Notes under the pieces: model-generated
Databases searched by the model: none
Told to the model about the DNA's origin: nothing
What the model saw: only the letters and a program-made list of their open reading frames with translations
Position numbers and translations under genes: made by a program
Part shown: piece after piece, positions 48,728-59,153 of the stretch
How positions within the stretch are numbered: the first letter of the stretch is position 1
Layout: the number at the start of each line of letters is the position of its first letter
DNA from: a virus
Lineage: Duplodnaviria; Caudoviricetes
Reading direction: 5' to 3' (one strand)
Length of the DNA: 64,000 bases
Virus record (IMG/VR): IMGVR_UViG_3300042258_000071
Span: 64,001 to 128,000 of that record

Positions 48728-48737
48728 TATATATTAC
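48728..48737 (+). promoter_or_regulatory. Early-type promoter motif TATATATTAC
   Basis: Upstream of the operon encoding the nvRNAP subunit, which is expected to be early. Confidence 0.65.
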
Positions 48738-48788
48738 TCCATTGACTGTGTAAAGTCGGAATTGTTTACAGTGTTGGAGTAAGACCTT

Positions 48789-49949
48789 ATGCGAGCATTT
48801 GGGTTGATTGATCTTAATGAATTTGACGATGTTGAACGTATTTTTATGGATAATGCAAATCAAAATATTAAAACAGATGCAGACGACTATCATTCGGAAT
48901 ATTCAATTAGAAATGAAACTGAAGAAGCAATTTATGTCAGAGACTCTTCTAATGTAAAAACAATTGTACGACCGTTCTATCCGTGGAGATCAGATGGGAG
49001 GGTTGTTATTCAGGTCTATACGACACGTAATCGTACAGGAGGCCCTGAAACTTTATCTCGGAATCCAGGTGGGAAGTGTGGTGAGTATCTCACTATAAAT
49101 ATTCAACAAAAGGATCTTTTAGAAGGCCCTATTTATGTCAAAGAAATTGATAAAATTATTTCACTTAAAGAATTTGAAAACACCGGACATCATCCTTTCG
49201 CAGAAGGTGCTGAAGAAAAATTCTTCGAGCATTTTTCGTCAAATTATTACAATAGGGCTATTTATGAGTCCACACCTTTCCAAGTTTATATTAATGATCC
49301 TTTTCGGAAATATACAGAATTTTATTTTGCGATTGGGGATGAGATTGTATCCATTCCAGTGACCCATCACCCAGAGCATTGTGCAAAACATGAATTCTCA
49401 ATACACTATCATAAAGGGACGGCAGATAAGAGAACGTGTCGGACACGCATCTATTCTTTTAAAGATTTAATTGAACTAAGTGGAAGTGAAGATTTCTGGG
49501 TGGTTGATGGGATCTCTTTCTCTCATAATAAAAGTATCTTAAGAAAAACACTTTTAGAACGTAAGAAGGAACAAGAAGAGCAGTTTATTGAAGAGATTCG
49601 ATATTCACCCTATGACCTAAGTACGATGATTAAACGCGATCTACATGAAAAAGAACTTTCTAAAAAAGATGAAGAATATAAAGATGCCCTTAAACTTTCA
49701 AAAGCATCAGAAGAAACTTGTAAATCAGAAATTAAACGTATAACCCAACTTGCAAAAACCAAGGATGATCATCTTAAAAGAGTCATAGCTGAATATGAAG
49801 ATAAGAGAACTGCTGAAAAATTAGAATGGGATTATAAAGCTTCTAAACTTAAAGAAATTACAAGAAGACAGGATCTGCTCCTTAAAACAGTAACCACCAT
49901 AAGCACTCTTGCCTTGATCTTTATAAAGTTTTTCCCTAAGAAGGCATGA
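48789..49949 (+). CDS. Conserved hypothetical protein with a coiled coil and C-terminal TM (phiKZ gp122-like position)
   Basis: Directly upstream of the nvRNAP subunit. TATATATTAC at 48728-48737. Confidence 0.55.
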   Translation: MRAFGLIDLNEFDDVERIFMDNANQNIKTDADDYHSEYSIRNETEEAIYVRDSSNVKTIVRPFYPWRSDGRVVIQVYTTRNRTGGPETLSRNPGGKCGEYLTINIQQKDLLEGPIYVKEIDKIISLKEFENTGHHPFAEGAEEKFFEHFSSNYYNRAIYESTPFQVYINDPFRKYTEFYFAIGDEIVSIPVTHHPEHCAKHEFSIHYHKGTADKRTCRTRIYSFKDLIELSGSEDFWVVDGISFSHNKSILRKTLLERKKEQEEQFIEEIRYSPYDLSTMIKRDLHEKELSKKDEEYKDALKLSKASEETCKSEIKRITQLAKTKDDHLKRVIAEYEDKRTAEKLEWDYKASKLKEITRRQDLLLKTVTTISTLALIFIKFFPKKA

Positions 49950-49974
49950 GGCTAAACGTAGAAGGATAAGCTAT

Positions 49975-51528
49975 ATGGATGACATCATCAGAGCTGTTGG
50001 TGAGGCCCTTCCTACCTACAATAAATATCTCCTTATAGATTACCCTGAACAGCAAGTTTCCTCTATGAGAGGGTTCATTGAGGATACATTCAAAGAGGCC
50101 ATCCGTCGTTTTGATGGCATGGTGATCTATCGAGGCTGTCGTACTTTATCTCCTAAAGAGCGTGTCCTCTATGAAGTGAGTGGACCTCGAAGATCGGGTG
50201 CAAAGATTTCTAAATCTGAATTAGAATTGTTTGCTTTTGATTTTGAAATGGATGGGATTATTCATACCACCCATCAATATGTTCCTTATCTAAAAGAAAA
50301 TCAGTTAATCATCAGAGACACTCAATATGGCTTCATGTATGCCATAACTGAAAAAGTGTTCTCACGGATTGACAATGGGATCATGGTGAGAGTCATTCAA
50401 AAACCTCTCCCCTTTTGGAGGTCTCGACATTTCACCTTAAAATCTCTTACATCAAAACTTCTCTACAATGAATTTATTGTTGATACGCAAATTCATGCTA
50501 AGAAACCAAGAAAAGGGATAAGCACGACAGTTGTCCATTATCTGCTCTGTAAGTTTGGATTTCCAGGCGTACTACAACGTTTTGGAATGGACATGGATGA
50601 CATGCATTTCTCTAAAACCATCGATCCTTTAGATATGAAAGATTACGAATATTTTTATGCTAAATACATTAAGGTTCCTGAGAAAAGAGATGAGGATAAA
50701 AATCCGATATATCTGAAAGTTAAACGGCACATCTTTGACGATCCAACCCGTCGGAAATTTGTTGCCAATATCTTGTATATCACCTCAAAGTGGGAGCATC
50801 TAGATGTTGACGAATTACACAGTCCGTCCACATCAGATTGGCTTGTGATGCTAGGGGAAATACTCTACCCCTCAGTTGCAAAATTAATTGCAGAAAATCA
50901 CGCCATCACTCACATTGAGAGCATTGACCTCTTCTTAGACTCTATTGTAAAATCTCGACTAGAAGCATTTGGCGTTCGAGTTGAGTCTATTTATGATCTT
51001 CTTCAATATATATTTTGTGAGATTGATAACTTGCTTGTTAGTATGATCCATCAAAATCTGTATGATAAGCGCCTTGCTATTGTTGATGATTTCTTAATCA
51101 AATCTTTTGTTACAACAATCTTTAAGCGCGCCTATGTAAGTTCTCAGAAACTTGATCGGTTCAAATCAGACAGTCTTAAGAAGTATTGTAATATTCCAGC
51201 ATATGATTCTGTTCGGAACCTTGGGGGTATTGCTAATATATCCATGATTGGAACCTCCATCATTAATGCCAACATGTTACTATCTTTCTCTACACGGAAG
51301 ATTCGTATGAATGGTGCCCTTAGAAATCCCTCTCCTAATCTCAAAGCACGCGATGCGCGCTTCCATGGAAGCATTCCTGTGGTTGAAACAATGGTGGGGT
51401 TCTCAGGTAAATCACCTGGGATTACAGGAACCATAAATCCTTTCTTGACCATCTCAGAAGATGGATCAATTATCATTCCTGACTATGCTGAAGATATAAA
51501 CAAAATATCTGAATACCTCCCCTATTAA
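49975..51528 (+). CDS. Non-virion RNA polymerase beta-like N-terminal subunit (phiKZ gp123-like)
   Basis: Y-G-R-LSP-E, YVPY, TTVVHYLLCKFGF, H-ES-D-FLD, N-YDKRL, C-terminal H-S...P---G-INPF. Confidence 0.75.
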   Translation: MDDIIRAVGEALPTYNKYLLIDYPEQQVSSMRGFIEDTFKEAIRRFDGMVIYRGCRTLSPKERVLYEVSGPRRSGAKISKSELELFAFDFEMDGIIHTTHQYVPYLKENQLIIRDTQYGFMYAITEKVFSRIDNGIMVRVIQKPLPFWRSRHFTLKSLTSKLLYNEFIVDTQIHAKKPRKGISTTVVHYLLCKFGFPGVLQRFGMDMDDMHFSKTIDPLDMKDYEYFYAKYIKVPEKRDEDKNPIYLKVKRHIFDDPTRRKFVANILYITSKWEHLDVDELHSPSTSDWLVMLGEILYPSVAKLIAENHAITHIESIDLFLDSIVKSRLEAFGVRVESIYDLLQYIFCEIDNLLVSMIHQNLYDKRLAIVDDFLIKSFVTTIFKRAYVSSQKLDRFKSDSLKKYCNIPAYDSVRNLGGIANISMIGTSIINANMLLSFSTRKIRMNGALRNPSPNLKARDARFHGSIPVVETMVGFSGKSPGITGTINPFLTISEDGSIIIPDYAEDINKISEYLPY

Positions 51529-51561
51529 AAATAACCCAATCCCCAACAAAAGAAGGTTTGG

Positions 51562-53187
51562 ATGCAACAAGTTAGTCGATACCAGTATGACACAACTACG
51601 ACAATCATCATAGACATTCTAAATGAGAATGTCAGGCAAGGGAGTATATCACCAGCACTTGCTGATCAGTTTAAACGTGATCTTGCCCAAGATAGGGCGT
51701 GTCAGTCAGAAATTGTGTCGATCATCTCCGAATTTGCACAAAGGACAGGATGGCGGGATGGTGTGTATGTTGACACCAACCATCTCTCTCAGTTCATCGC
51801 ACCATATCTCGAACGCATGCTCACGGCTGCGAGTGTGAGAATGAATCAGATGACCTCTCAGTACAACCCCCAACAGAACTATATTCGGAGCACAAATAGC
51901 ATGTATAATACGGCATCAGGGTTTGATGGTTATGGTGGCAACCGTGGTACAGTAACTGTCAATCGGGATCTATATGGTGCTGGATATGCAGATGATCCCA
52001 AAGATGGGCCCTCGCGAAGCATGTTTGACCACGCAACTGCAGCTCCGGGACCAACACGAAACCCATATCACCAAGTTTCTGAACCACACATTCCTACTCA
52101 GGAGCAGGCTTCTTTCTTAACTGAGAGTCCTGTTAATACCTTCACTGATATTGATAAGATGACGATTGAGCAAATTTCCTGGTCGGACAAAATATATGCT
52201 CAAGACATCCTTGCCAAAGAAGGGGTTCACGGGGTTGCCGGTGAAGAACATCCTGTAAGTTTAAACTCATTATCTCTCAATGCGTCATTTACATCTCATT
52301 TCGATGCCTTCCGTTACGTATGGAAAAATCTCCCTAATGAAGCTAAAATGAATTACTGGGGCATTCTTGTTAATTACAAAAAGCCTTTGGTGATCAACAT
52401 TGGAGTTGATGCTTTCCGACGGATTCGTCGTCTTGTTCATGCTAAATCTGAAGGAGCTCTTACATTCGAAAATGTACATGAGGTCCTATCAGGACTCCCC
52501 ATGGGGGAATACCAAATCCTTGAAAGTGCTATTCTTCGAGGAATTAATTCTCGGACGAAAAGGTATCTTCGACTTAAAGAAGACTTCACCCGAAAAATTA
52601 ATGACATAACTCTTCTTAAGAATATCTCTGAACTTAAAGACCCTACTGTAAAGCTTACCTTGGCAAAACATCCCAATTTCTTTAAAGTTCTTGATACCAA
52701 CATCATCTCACCAGTTCTTGAAGAAATCTTTGGGACAGATGCTAATGATGCAGAAGAGGGTGTCATTGGGCCAGATAGTGATCGTCGTGGGGACTACATC
52801 TTAAGTGATGAAGTCCAGTATAAACCGTCTTCCAAGATCCACGTATCTAAACTTGATATCGCAGTTGGGAATAAACCTGACTGTGACACAATGCTAGCCG
52901 CTCTTACCAGTCGTTACTCTATTGTGCGCACATCAGCATCCTTTGGAGCTACAAACTTCCTCCCGGAATTCGATGACAGTATCGCCATTTCGAGTGGGAC
53001 ATTTGCATGGAAGATGTTTTATGTAAATGAGAAGTTTAGTGAGAAATTTGATGACACCTCGTTATTTTTCCATCTTAAAGATAATCTCCCACCTTCTGAA
53101 AATCTAACTTTTAGCTTGAAACGTCACACGCTTGATCATCACGTCATATTTGAAAAACAGTACGGCGTAATTCCTGGATTCATCTAA
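51562..53187 (+). CDS. Hypothetical protein
   Basis: 541 aa with RBS AAGG, co-transcribed with the nvRNAP subunit. Confidence 0.55.
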   Translation: MQQVSRYQYDTTTTIIIDILNENVRQGSISPALADQFKRDLAQDRACQSEIVSIISEFAQRTGWRDGVYVDTNHLSQFIAPYLERMLTAASVRMNQMTSQYNPQQNYIRSTNSMYNTASGFDGYGGNRGTVTVNRDLYGAGYADDPKDGPSRSMFDHATAAPGPTRNPYHQVSEPHIPTQEQASFLTESPVNTFTDIDKMTIEQISWSDKIYAQDILAKEGVHGVAGEEHPVSLNSLSLNASFTSHFDAFRYVWKNLPNEAKMNYWGILVNYKKPLVINIGVDAFRRIRRLVHAKSEGALTFENVHEVLSGLPMGEYQILESAILRGINSRTKRYLRLKEDFTRKINDITLLKNISELKDPTVKLTLAKHPNFFKVLDTNIISPVLEEIFGTDANDAEEGVIGPDSDRRGDYILSDEVQYKPSSKIHVSKLDIAVGNKPDCDTMLAALTSRYSIVRTSASFGATNFLPEFDDSIAISSGTFAWKMFYVNEKFSEKFDDTSLFFHLKDNLPPSENLTFSLKRHTLDHHVIFEKQYGVIPGFI

Positions 53188-53218
53188 ACCGCCAGGGATT
53201 TTGTAAACATCTAATATA

Positions 53219-53256
53219 TAGGAAGAGGGGAGCCCATATGGGCTCCCCTCTTCCTA
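53219..53256. terminator. Palindrome between convergent genes
   Basis: TAGGAAGAGGGGAGCCCAT|ATGGGCTCCCCTCTTCCTA. Confidence 0.8.
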
Positions 53257-53283
53257 ATATCTTTATTTATTTTTTTATCACAA

Positions 53284-54108
53284 TTAAGATGTGAGAACGG
53301 CTGTTTCACTCTGAATACTGTATGTGTATTCAAGAATATCTGATGCCGATTCTAAACTGTCACCTGTCCAGGTACGATGGAATACAAGTTGGGTCATAAT
53401 GGATTCAACATAATTAAAAGGGTTACCGAGATAATCATTTGCTGAAATGGATCGATCTTGCCCTTGATAAATACCCAATTCAGAAATCCGAGCGAGGTTT
53501 AGATTGCCACCATATTTGTAGTTGATGGCTTCATGAATCTCAGCGCCTGTCAAAAGAACTTTAGTATCAACTGATACCGTGATCTGATCTTGAGCATTCT
53601 GATTAACACCACCAATAGAGGGTACGGGAGGTGTTGGAGAGAGATTACCATAATCAAATTCATAAGGTGTTTCAACACCATTCTCATCGGTAATGGTGAA
53701 TTTGACACTAGGATCAATGATCTCTAGTTTCTTGAGATAATAACATGCATATTCAGGACCTCCACTCTCAAATGTCTCAACAACACGCATGCGCAAATTA
53801 GCGCGCTCAGCAGCACTAAGATCATTTTCAACTGGAACACATCGAATGGGGAACGGAGTATACAGGTTCATGTTAGATGTCTGAACAATGTGGGGTTCGG
53901 AAGCATTCGTATCGCTGATATTGCGATATCCGTTGATGCCCACCCCAAAATATTGAATCTTTGGAACGGTATTTACGGTTAGAACTTCGTTTGGTGCAAC
54001 GTTATACCATCGATTCAACGTGGACTGAGTGTCCTCGATGGGAGTGATCGGTAGAGCACTTTCTAGACGGCGCTGTACATTTAAGATTGTTTTTGTTTCG
54101 TTTGCCAT
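53284..54108 (-). CDS. Virion structural protein (phiKZ gp127-like)
   Basis: TLN...P-IQYFGVG-NG, PFPIRCVP--NDLS--ER-NLRMR, ACYYLKKL, ISELGIY-G-D. Confidence 0.65.
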   Translation of the reverse strand: MANETKTILNVQRRLESALPITPIEDTQSTLNRWYNVAPNEVLTVNTVPKIQYFGVGINGYRNISDTNASEPHIVQTSNMNLYTPFPIRCVPVENDLSAAERANLRMRVVETFESGGPEYACYYLKKLEIIDPSVKFTITDENGVETPYEFDYGNLSPTPPVPSIGGVNQNAQDQITVSVDTKVLLTGAEIHEAINYKYGGNLNLARISELGIYQGQDRSISANDYLGNPFNYVESIMTQLVFHRTWTGDSLESASDILEYTYSIQSETAVLTS

Positions 54109-54124
54109 AGGTAATTATCCCCTT

Positions 54125-56353
54125 TTAGTTGGCAGGTTCGAGGGTAGAACTAATACCGATCGTATCCGATATTTTAACAACTTTAGTTCTAGCTTTCACA
54201 GTATCACCTGTAAGGTAAATCATATCATCAATATGGGACACAGATTTCTTACCTTTAGAATGTAATTTGAGATTTGCAACATCAAGATCATTATGCGATG
54301 ATAACTTCTTATTACTTTGTTTAAGTGTATACCTTCCAAAATCAAATGTAACAAGACCTCTCTTTTTTAGATACCTTGGAAGAATATCTAAAAACTCTGT
54401 TAGATCATGTATGTTCCCTATTTTAGATTTGTAAGGGGTGTGTGAGGAGATATCTGGAAGGAATAGCCAGCGACGTTTATCTCTCTCGGTATCTAAGAAG
54501 AGGACTGTATAACTACAAAGTTGTGTAAAAAGTTCTTTAATTCGATTATACGAAGCACGGTCTTCATCCGCATCTAGATATGCTCGAATGGAGGGATGAG
54601 TTTCTGGCATGAGTGTGGCTATAAGAGTTTGCGATAACTCTGCGTATAAATTCTTTTTATTAACGGAATTATCATACCCTGAGATAAGAGAAGCAACTTC
54701 CCCAATTCCAGGATCTGATACCCACTGAGAATATAATGTATGATGTGAAAGATTTAGCATGTAATGCTGATTTTCAAGAAGTGAAAATATAGCTGTTTTT
54801 GTTCCAACAAGATCCGTTAACATAGATCTAGTTCTTAAGAATTGGAGTTGTAAGATGAGAGCGTTAAAAGAGGTGCTTAATTCTGTCATGAAGAAATCGA
54901 TGGTACTATATGCTACTTCCTGAGGAGAGGCGTTTAAAAAGAATGTTTCTCTATCTAAGACATTTGACATGTATTGAAGGGAATTACCGTTAAAGGTAAA
55001 TGTTTTAGGAATATCTTCATATGTTTTATTATACGAATATGCTCCAACAAGAGGTGTGTACTGAACGGGAATGTATTCAGGCTCTTGTTCAAGTGATTTG
55101 TAAAAACAGTAATATGAAAATATCAACACATCTTTAGGTTGTAGACGCAGTGTTATCCCTGTGAATTCATCAACGATAACGGATTCAAAATCATACCGAT
55201 TATTATTCACAGTGTATATTAGAGTGTCGTTCATGAAACTTCTTAAGAGTGCAGAGTACTGACGATTGATAACAACGGGTTGAATCTCAAGAAGTTTCGT
55301 AGGGAGTCTATTTGATGAGGTTGCTTGAAGGTCTTTTGTCCGTGCTTGTACATATTCAAAAGACCCGTCGATTTCATATCCCAGAGACTTTAAACGATTG
55401 GTGATATCGAATGTAGTTTGAGGGGGCTGTTGTGGTACTGAATCAGAATAGCGGGTCTCTATGGGTTCGGATACGAATTCAGGTGTCCAAATACAGGTTT
55501 CTACATTATCAAAGGTTTGTTGATAAAGCGTTTTTCCAACCATACCAACACTTAATTCACCAAGAAGCTCATTTACGAGCAGAATTAGATTGTCATTACG
55601 CCCACGACGTTCGGTGATATATCGAATATTTCGATATAAAAACATCGACTGTTTTCGAGTTAGGATATCCTTATAATTCCCAATCCCGTGAGACGTGAGG
55701 TAATCCCAAACATGATAACTATGCACATAAGACGTTCGCATATTTTGGACACGACTATCACAAATACATGCAAACAAGACCTGCCATAAAGTTCCCCAAA
55801 AGACTGGAGGATAATAAGGTTCATATGTTAAAAAAGTGTGATACCATCTTTGACCAGCATATGTGAGAAAAAGTTCTATATCCCTAATAATTTTAGGAAG
55901 TTCATCAATTTCTAGATACCCTGTTCCATAAGCTAAGATTGTTAGATCGTTTGCAGTAATCGCTTCAGCGATATCATTTACAGGAAACAGGATATTTTTT
56001 ATAAGATCAGATTGTCCAGGATAGAGAGATATCAAATCATTATACAACGGAAGCCCAGGACGATAAGCAGCTCGCGTTCTTGGATGACTGTTGATGATGC
56101 TTTTCCTAAATTCAATCTCTTGTTGTGTATCTAAAGATAAAATCTTCATGACAGTATCGGATTCGTGATACTTCCCATTTAAGTTCAGATAATATTTCCA
56201 TGTCGAAGGATCTGATTCATCGATAGCGTACCCTTTATCTAATAAAGAAGCATTTAACATAGATGCTTGATAGGAGTTTTTAAGAGTAAGTGTTTGTAAA
56301 AAATTGAGGATCTCATTTCTGTATGTTATGAGATCGGAGGCTATAGTTGCCAT
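54125..56353 (-). CDS. Virion structural (baseplate) protein (phiKZ gp128-like)
   Basis: DPSTWKYYLNLNGKYHESD, HSYHVWDYLTSHG, LTRKQSMFLYRNIRYI---G, QLCSY. Divergent from the portal gene. Confidence 0.7.
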   Translation of the reverse strand: MATIASDLITYRNEILNFLQTLTLKNSYQASMLNASLLDKGYAIDESDPSTWKYYLNLNGKYHESDTVMKILSLDTQQEIEFRKSIINSHPRTRAAYRPGLPLYNDLISLYPGQSDLIKNILFPVNDIAEAITANDLTILAYGTGYLEIDELPKIIRDIELFLTYAGQRWYHTFLTYEPYYPPVFWGTLWQVLFACICDSRVQNMRTSYVHSYHVWDYLTSHGIGNYKDILTRKQSMFLYRNIRYITERRGRNDNLILLVNELLGELSVGMVGKTLYQQTFDNVETCIWTPEFVSEPIETRYSDSVPQQPPQTTFDITNRLKSLGYEIDGSFEYVQARTKDLQATSSNRLPTKLLEIQPVVINRQYSALLRSFMNDTLIYTVNNNRYDFESVIVDEFTGITLRLQPKDVLIFSYYCFYKSLEQEPEYIPVQYTPLVGAYSYNKTYEDIPKTFTFNGNSLQYMSNVLDRETFFLNASPQEVAYSTIDFFMTELSTSFNALILQLQFLRTRSMLTDLVGTKTAIFSLLENQHYMLNLSHHTLYSQWVSDPGIGEVASLISGYDNSVNKKNLYAELSQTLIATLMPETHPSIRAYLDADEDRASYNRIKELFTQLCSYTVLFLDTERDKRRWLFLPDISSHTPYKSKIGNIHDLTEFLDILPRYLKKRGLVTFDFGRYTLKQSNKKLSSHNDLDVANLKLHSKGKKSVSHIDDMIYLTGDTVKARTKVVKISDTIGISSTLEPAN

Positions 56354-56459
56354 ATCTTTCTCCAGTTAATATTACATATGCAGCAGCTTACAGTATGCTG
56401 CAATTTATAAATTAAATCTATAACGTAGCTGAAATATTACTATTTTCCAATAAGGAGAC

Positions 56460-59087
56460 ATGTCATTGGTCGAGAAAAAGTTATCCCCCAGTAGATTCGC
56501 AAAGATATTTGATCTTATTAGGGGGCAAGGGGACTATTCTAATTCAAAGGCATCTGACTATAAAAACCCCTCATCTCTTACAGGTCATAAACGGTCCTTA
56601 TATAGTCATTCTGAAAAAGTAAATCTTTTAAGAACCATTGTTCCAGCAGCTACAAATAAAAGTAAACCTGTTGAGGCAGCCTCTATTATGTCTCTGGTTA
56701 AAGAAACTGCAAATCGGATTGGTAAAAATCGTTCTGAAAATATTAAGATCCTTCAGATGGCGCCGGAAGTTTTTCAGGCTGCAGAGTCTATTATCATCCC
56801 ATCCATCTTATCTCCAAATGATTTAAGCGATTCTCTTTTAAATATTGTTATTGACTTAGAAGATGAAGTTGCAACACCTGACAAACGAGATAAAATCCGA
56901 GAGATCATATTAGATCATTTTAATAATGAACTTGATGTGTCTTCGAAATTGTTTGACTGGATTTATGAAGCCCGTTATAAATCAGGAGCTAAATGTCTGT
57001 TGACCATCCCAACTTCTGAAATGGATGCTCAATTTAATACCCCTGACAATTTCAATCTTTCCTCCAAAAAAGTCAGTATGGAGAGTCTCCACACCAAATT
57101 TAACACGATTGAAGATGAAACGTTATTTGGCCTTTCAGATACCAAAACTGGGTTCTCTCTTGAAAACTTCAAAACAGATTTTAAGATAGGAGATCACCAG
57201 AGTTTCACACGCAGTATAGCGTTAGAGATGGCATCCCTGTATACCTATCTTGAATCTCTAAAATCCGAGAAATCAGAGAAGAAAAAGCCCCATAAACCTA
57301 ACTATAATTCACAAAAAATAGATGATAAACTATTGTCTACCCTCTTCACTGACGTCGTTGGTCTTGAATCTATGAAGGTCATTGACAACCCAGACATTCT
57401 TAAAAAAGATTATTTTCAAAAGAAGAACATTTATGCTAAAGCCAATAAAGGTGTTGGCGATAAGTATAAAAATAGTGTCATGCTTTCACTTGGACAAGCG
57501 AGTGAAGATGCGGAGAATATGGATCACCCTCTTCTTATCGAAGTTGCAACAGAAGCTGTTATACCCATCGGCATGCCTAATTCTAAAAAAGATCATATTG
57601 GGTACATCATCCTTCTAGATGAAAAAGGATATCCGTTAAACGTATCAGATAAGGATCCTAATCACGCAGAGGCTCTTGATCAACGTATTTCAGAATCTGC
57701 AAAACGATCCCCTTTTAATGACTTATTTGCAGCATACGGAATCGATGATATCAAAGCTTCTATTGCGGGTTCTAAAGGCAAATCTGATGCCATGTTTAAC
57801 GTATACCAGAACATTGTTGAATATCATCTGAAAACAAAATTTAAGAAGAGTGGGTTTGGGGATGTTGAACCTGCGATGATGTCAAGTATCTATCGCCATC
57901 TCTTCTCTCGTTATCTTGAAGGGCGCCAAACTAAACTTCTTTATGTCCCAAAAGAGTTTCTTCAATATATCGCATTTGAATATAATGAAGATGGGACAGG
58001 TAAGTCTATTCTTGATAAATTTAAATTCATTCTAGCCCTTCGCATCACAACCCTTGTTGCGAATACGATGGGGGCGCTTAATGATTCCATCAATCGAAAA
58101 ACAATCAATGTCACATTCCCTGAAAATGCCTCCTCAGGAGATGCCCTCCAGCTGCTCTCTGAAATTGAACGTGAAGCAACACGGAAAGAGACGTTTGGGA
58201 TTTCATATGATCCTGATACGGTTGTTCGAGGTATTGGCCAGAAATCTCTTACCGTTAAGGCTGAGAATCTTCCAGGCCTTCAAGGGTTCTCAACCAGTCA
58301 TGACTCTACACCAAGACAGTCTGTTCGGATAGATTCAGATCTTAATGATGATCTTAAAAATCTCACAATCCTGATGCAAGGGGTCCCCCCTGCTGCTATG
58401 AATAACCTATCTGATGCAGAATTTTCACGATCTGTTGCAACTATGAACATTCTATTCGCACGTATGATTAAGACGCAACAAAAACCTTTCATCCGACATA
58501 TTTCTAAATGGATACAAAAATATCTCATGTTCGATGGCATCTTAAAGAAGAAAATCATGGTCGTTCTAGATGAATCTTTCACTAAAGAAAACTCTCCTAC
58601 TGACAGTAAAGAGATACCTTCTTCTGAAACCGGAACAGTCGAAGATGTAAAATCTACAGATAAAGAACGTGCCTTTAACATGAAGTATGTTGATGTTGTA
58701 AAATCTGTTAGGATGCTTCTTCCTGAACCTACTGTTGCACCCTCTATTAGTCAGTTTAATAATCTTAATGAGTTCTTGAACTCAGCAACAACTATCTTTA
58801 ACAACATCTATGCAGATGAACTCGTATCTTCTAACAGTGAGCTCACTGATACATTAAGATCTATCAAGGCACAAATGCTCTCAACAGCAATTCGGGACCA
58901 TATTCAAACTCTCGGATTTGGGGATGAGTTCATTGTACCAGATCTTGCAGATCTTAGAAATCATGACATCACAGATGTACATCAAGTTATCACCAACCTT
59001 AAAGCCCATATGGACAGAATCCAAAAGCTCACAGCACCTGTTAGTTCTGAAGCTTCTGGAGATCTTGGAAATGATAGTAGTTTTTAA
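56460..59087 (+). CDS. Portal protein (phiKZ gp129-like)
   Basis: 875 aa. SILSPNDL, HP-----ATEAVIP, HIGYIILLDE-G-P, LYVP, YNEDGTGKS, EFSRSV. Also S/A-x-E motifs. Confidence 0.7.
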   Translation: MSLVEKKLSPSRFAKIFDLIRGQGDYSNSKASDYKNPSSLTGHKRSLYSHSEKVNLLRTIVPAATNKSKPVEAASIMSLVKETANRIGKNRSENIKILQMAPEVFQAAESIIIPSILSPNDLSDSLLNIVIDLEDEVATPDKRDKIREIILDHFNNELDVSSKLFDWIYEARYKSGAKCLLTIPTSEMDAQFNTPDNFNLSSKKVSMESLHTKFNTIEDETLFGLSDTKTGFSLENFKTDFKIGDHQSFTRSIALEMASLYTYLESLKSEKSEKKKPHKPNYNSQKIDDKLLSTLFTDVVGLESMKVIDNPDILKKDYFQKKNIYAKANKGVGDKYKNSVMLSLGQASEDAENMDHPLLIEVATEAVIPIGMPNSKKDHIGYIILLDEKGYPLNVSDKDPNHAEALDQRISESAKRSPFNDLFAAYGIDDIKASIAGSKGKSDAMFNVYQNIVEYHLKTKFKKSGFGDVEPAMMSSIYRHLFSRYLEGRQTKLLYVPKEFLQYIAFEYNEDGTGKSILDKFKFILALRITTLVANTMGALNDSINRKTINVTFPENASSGDALQLLSEIEREATRKETFGISYDPDTVVRGIGQKSLTVKAENLPGLQGFSTSHDSTPRQSVRIDSDLNDDLKNLTILMQGVPPAAMNNLSDAEFSRSVATMNILFARMIKTQQKPFIRHISKWIQKYLMFDGILKKKIMVVLDESFTKENSPTDSKEIPSSETGTVEDVKSTDKERAFNMKYVDVVKSVRMLLPEPTVAPSISQFNNLNEFLNSATTIFNNIYADELVSSNSELTDTLRSIKAQMLSTAIRDHIQTLGFGDEFIVPDLADLRNHDITDVHQVITNLKAHMDRIQKLTAPVSSEASGDLGNDSSF

Positions 59088-59102
59088 CCAAAACATATAA
59101 AG

Positions 59103-59136
59103 GAAGGAACCTCACCCCATGGGGTGAGGTTCCTTC
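59103..59136. terminator. Palindrome between the convergent portal and tail-tube genes
   Basis: GAAGGAACCTCACCCCA|TGGGGTGAGGTTCCTTC. Confidence 0.8.
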
Positions 59137-59153
59137 TTGTAATGTAACATCCA

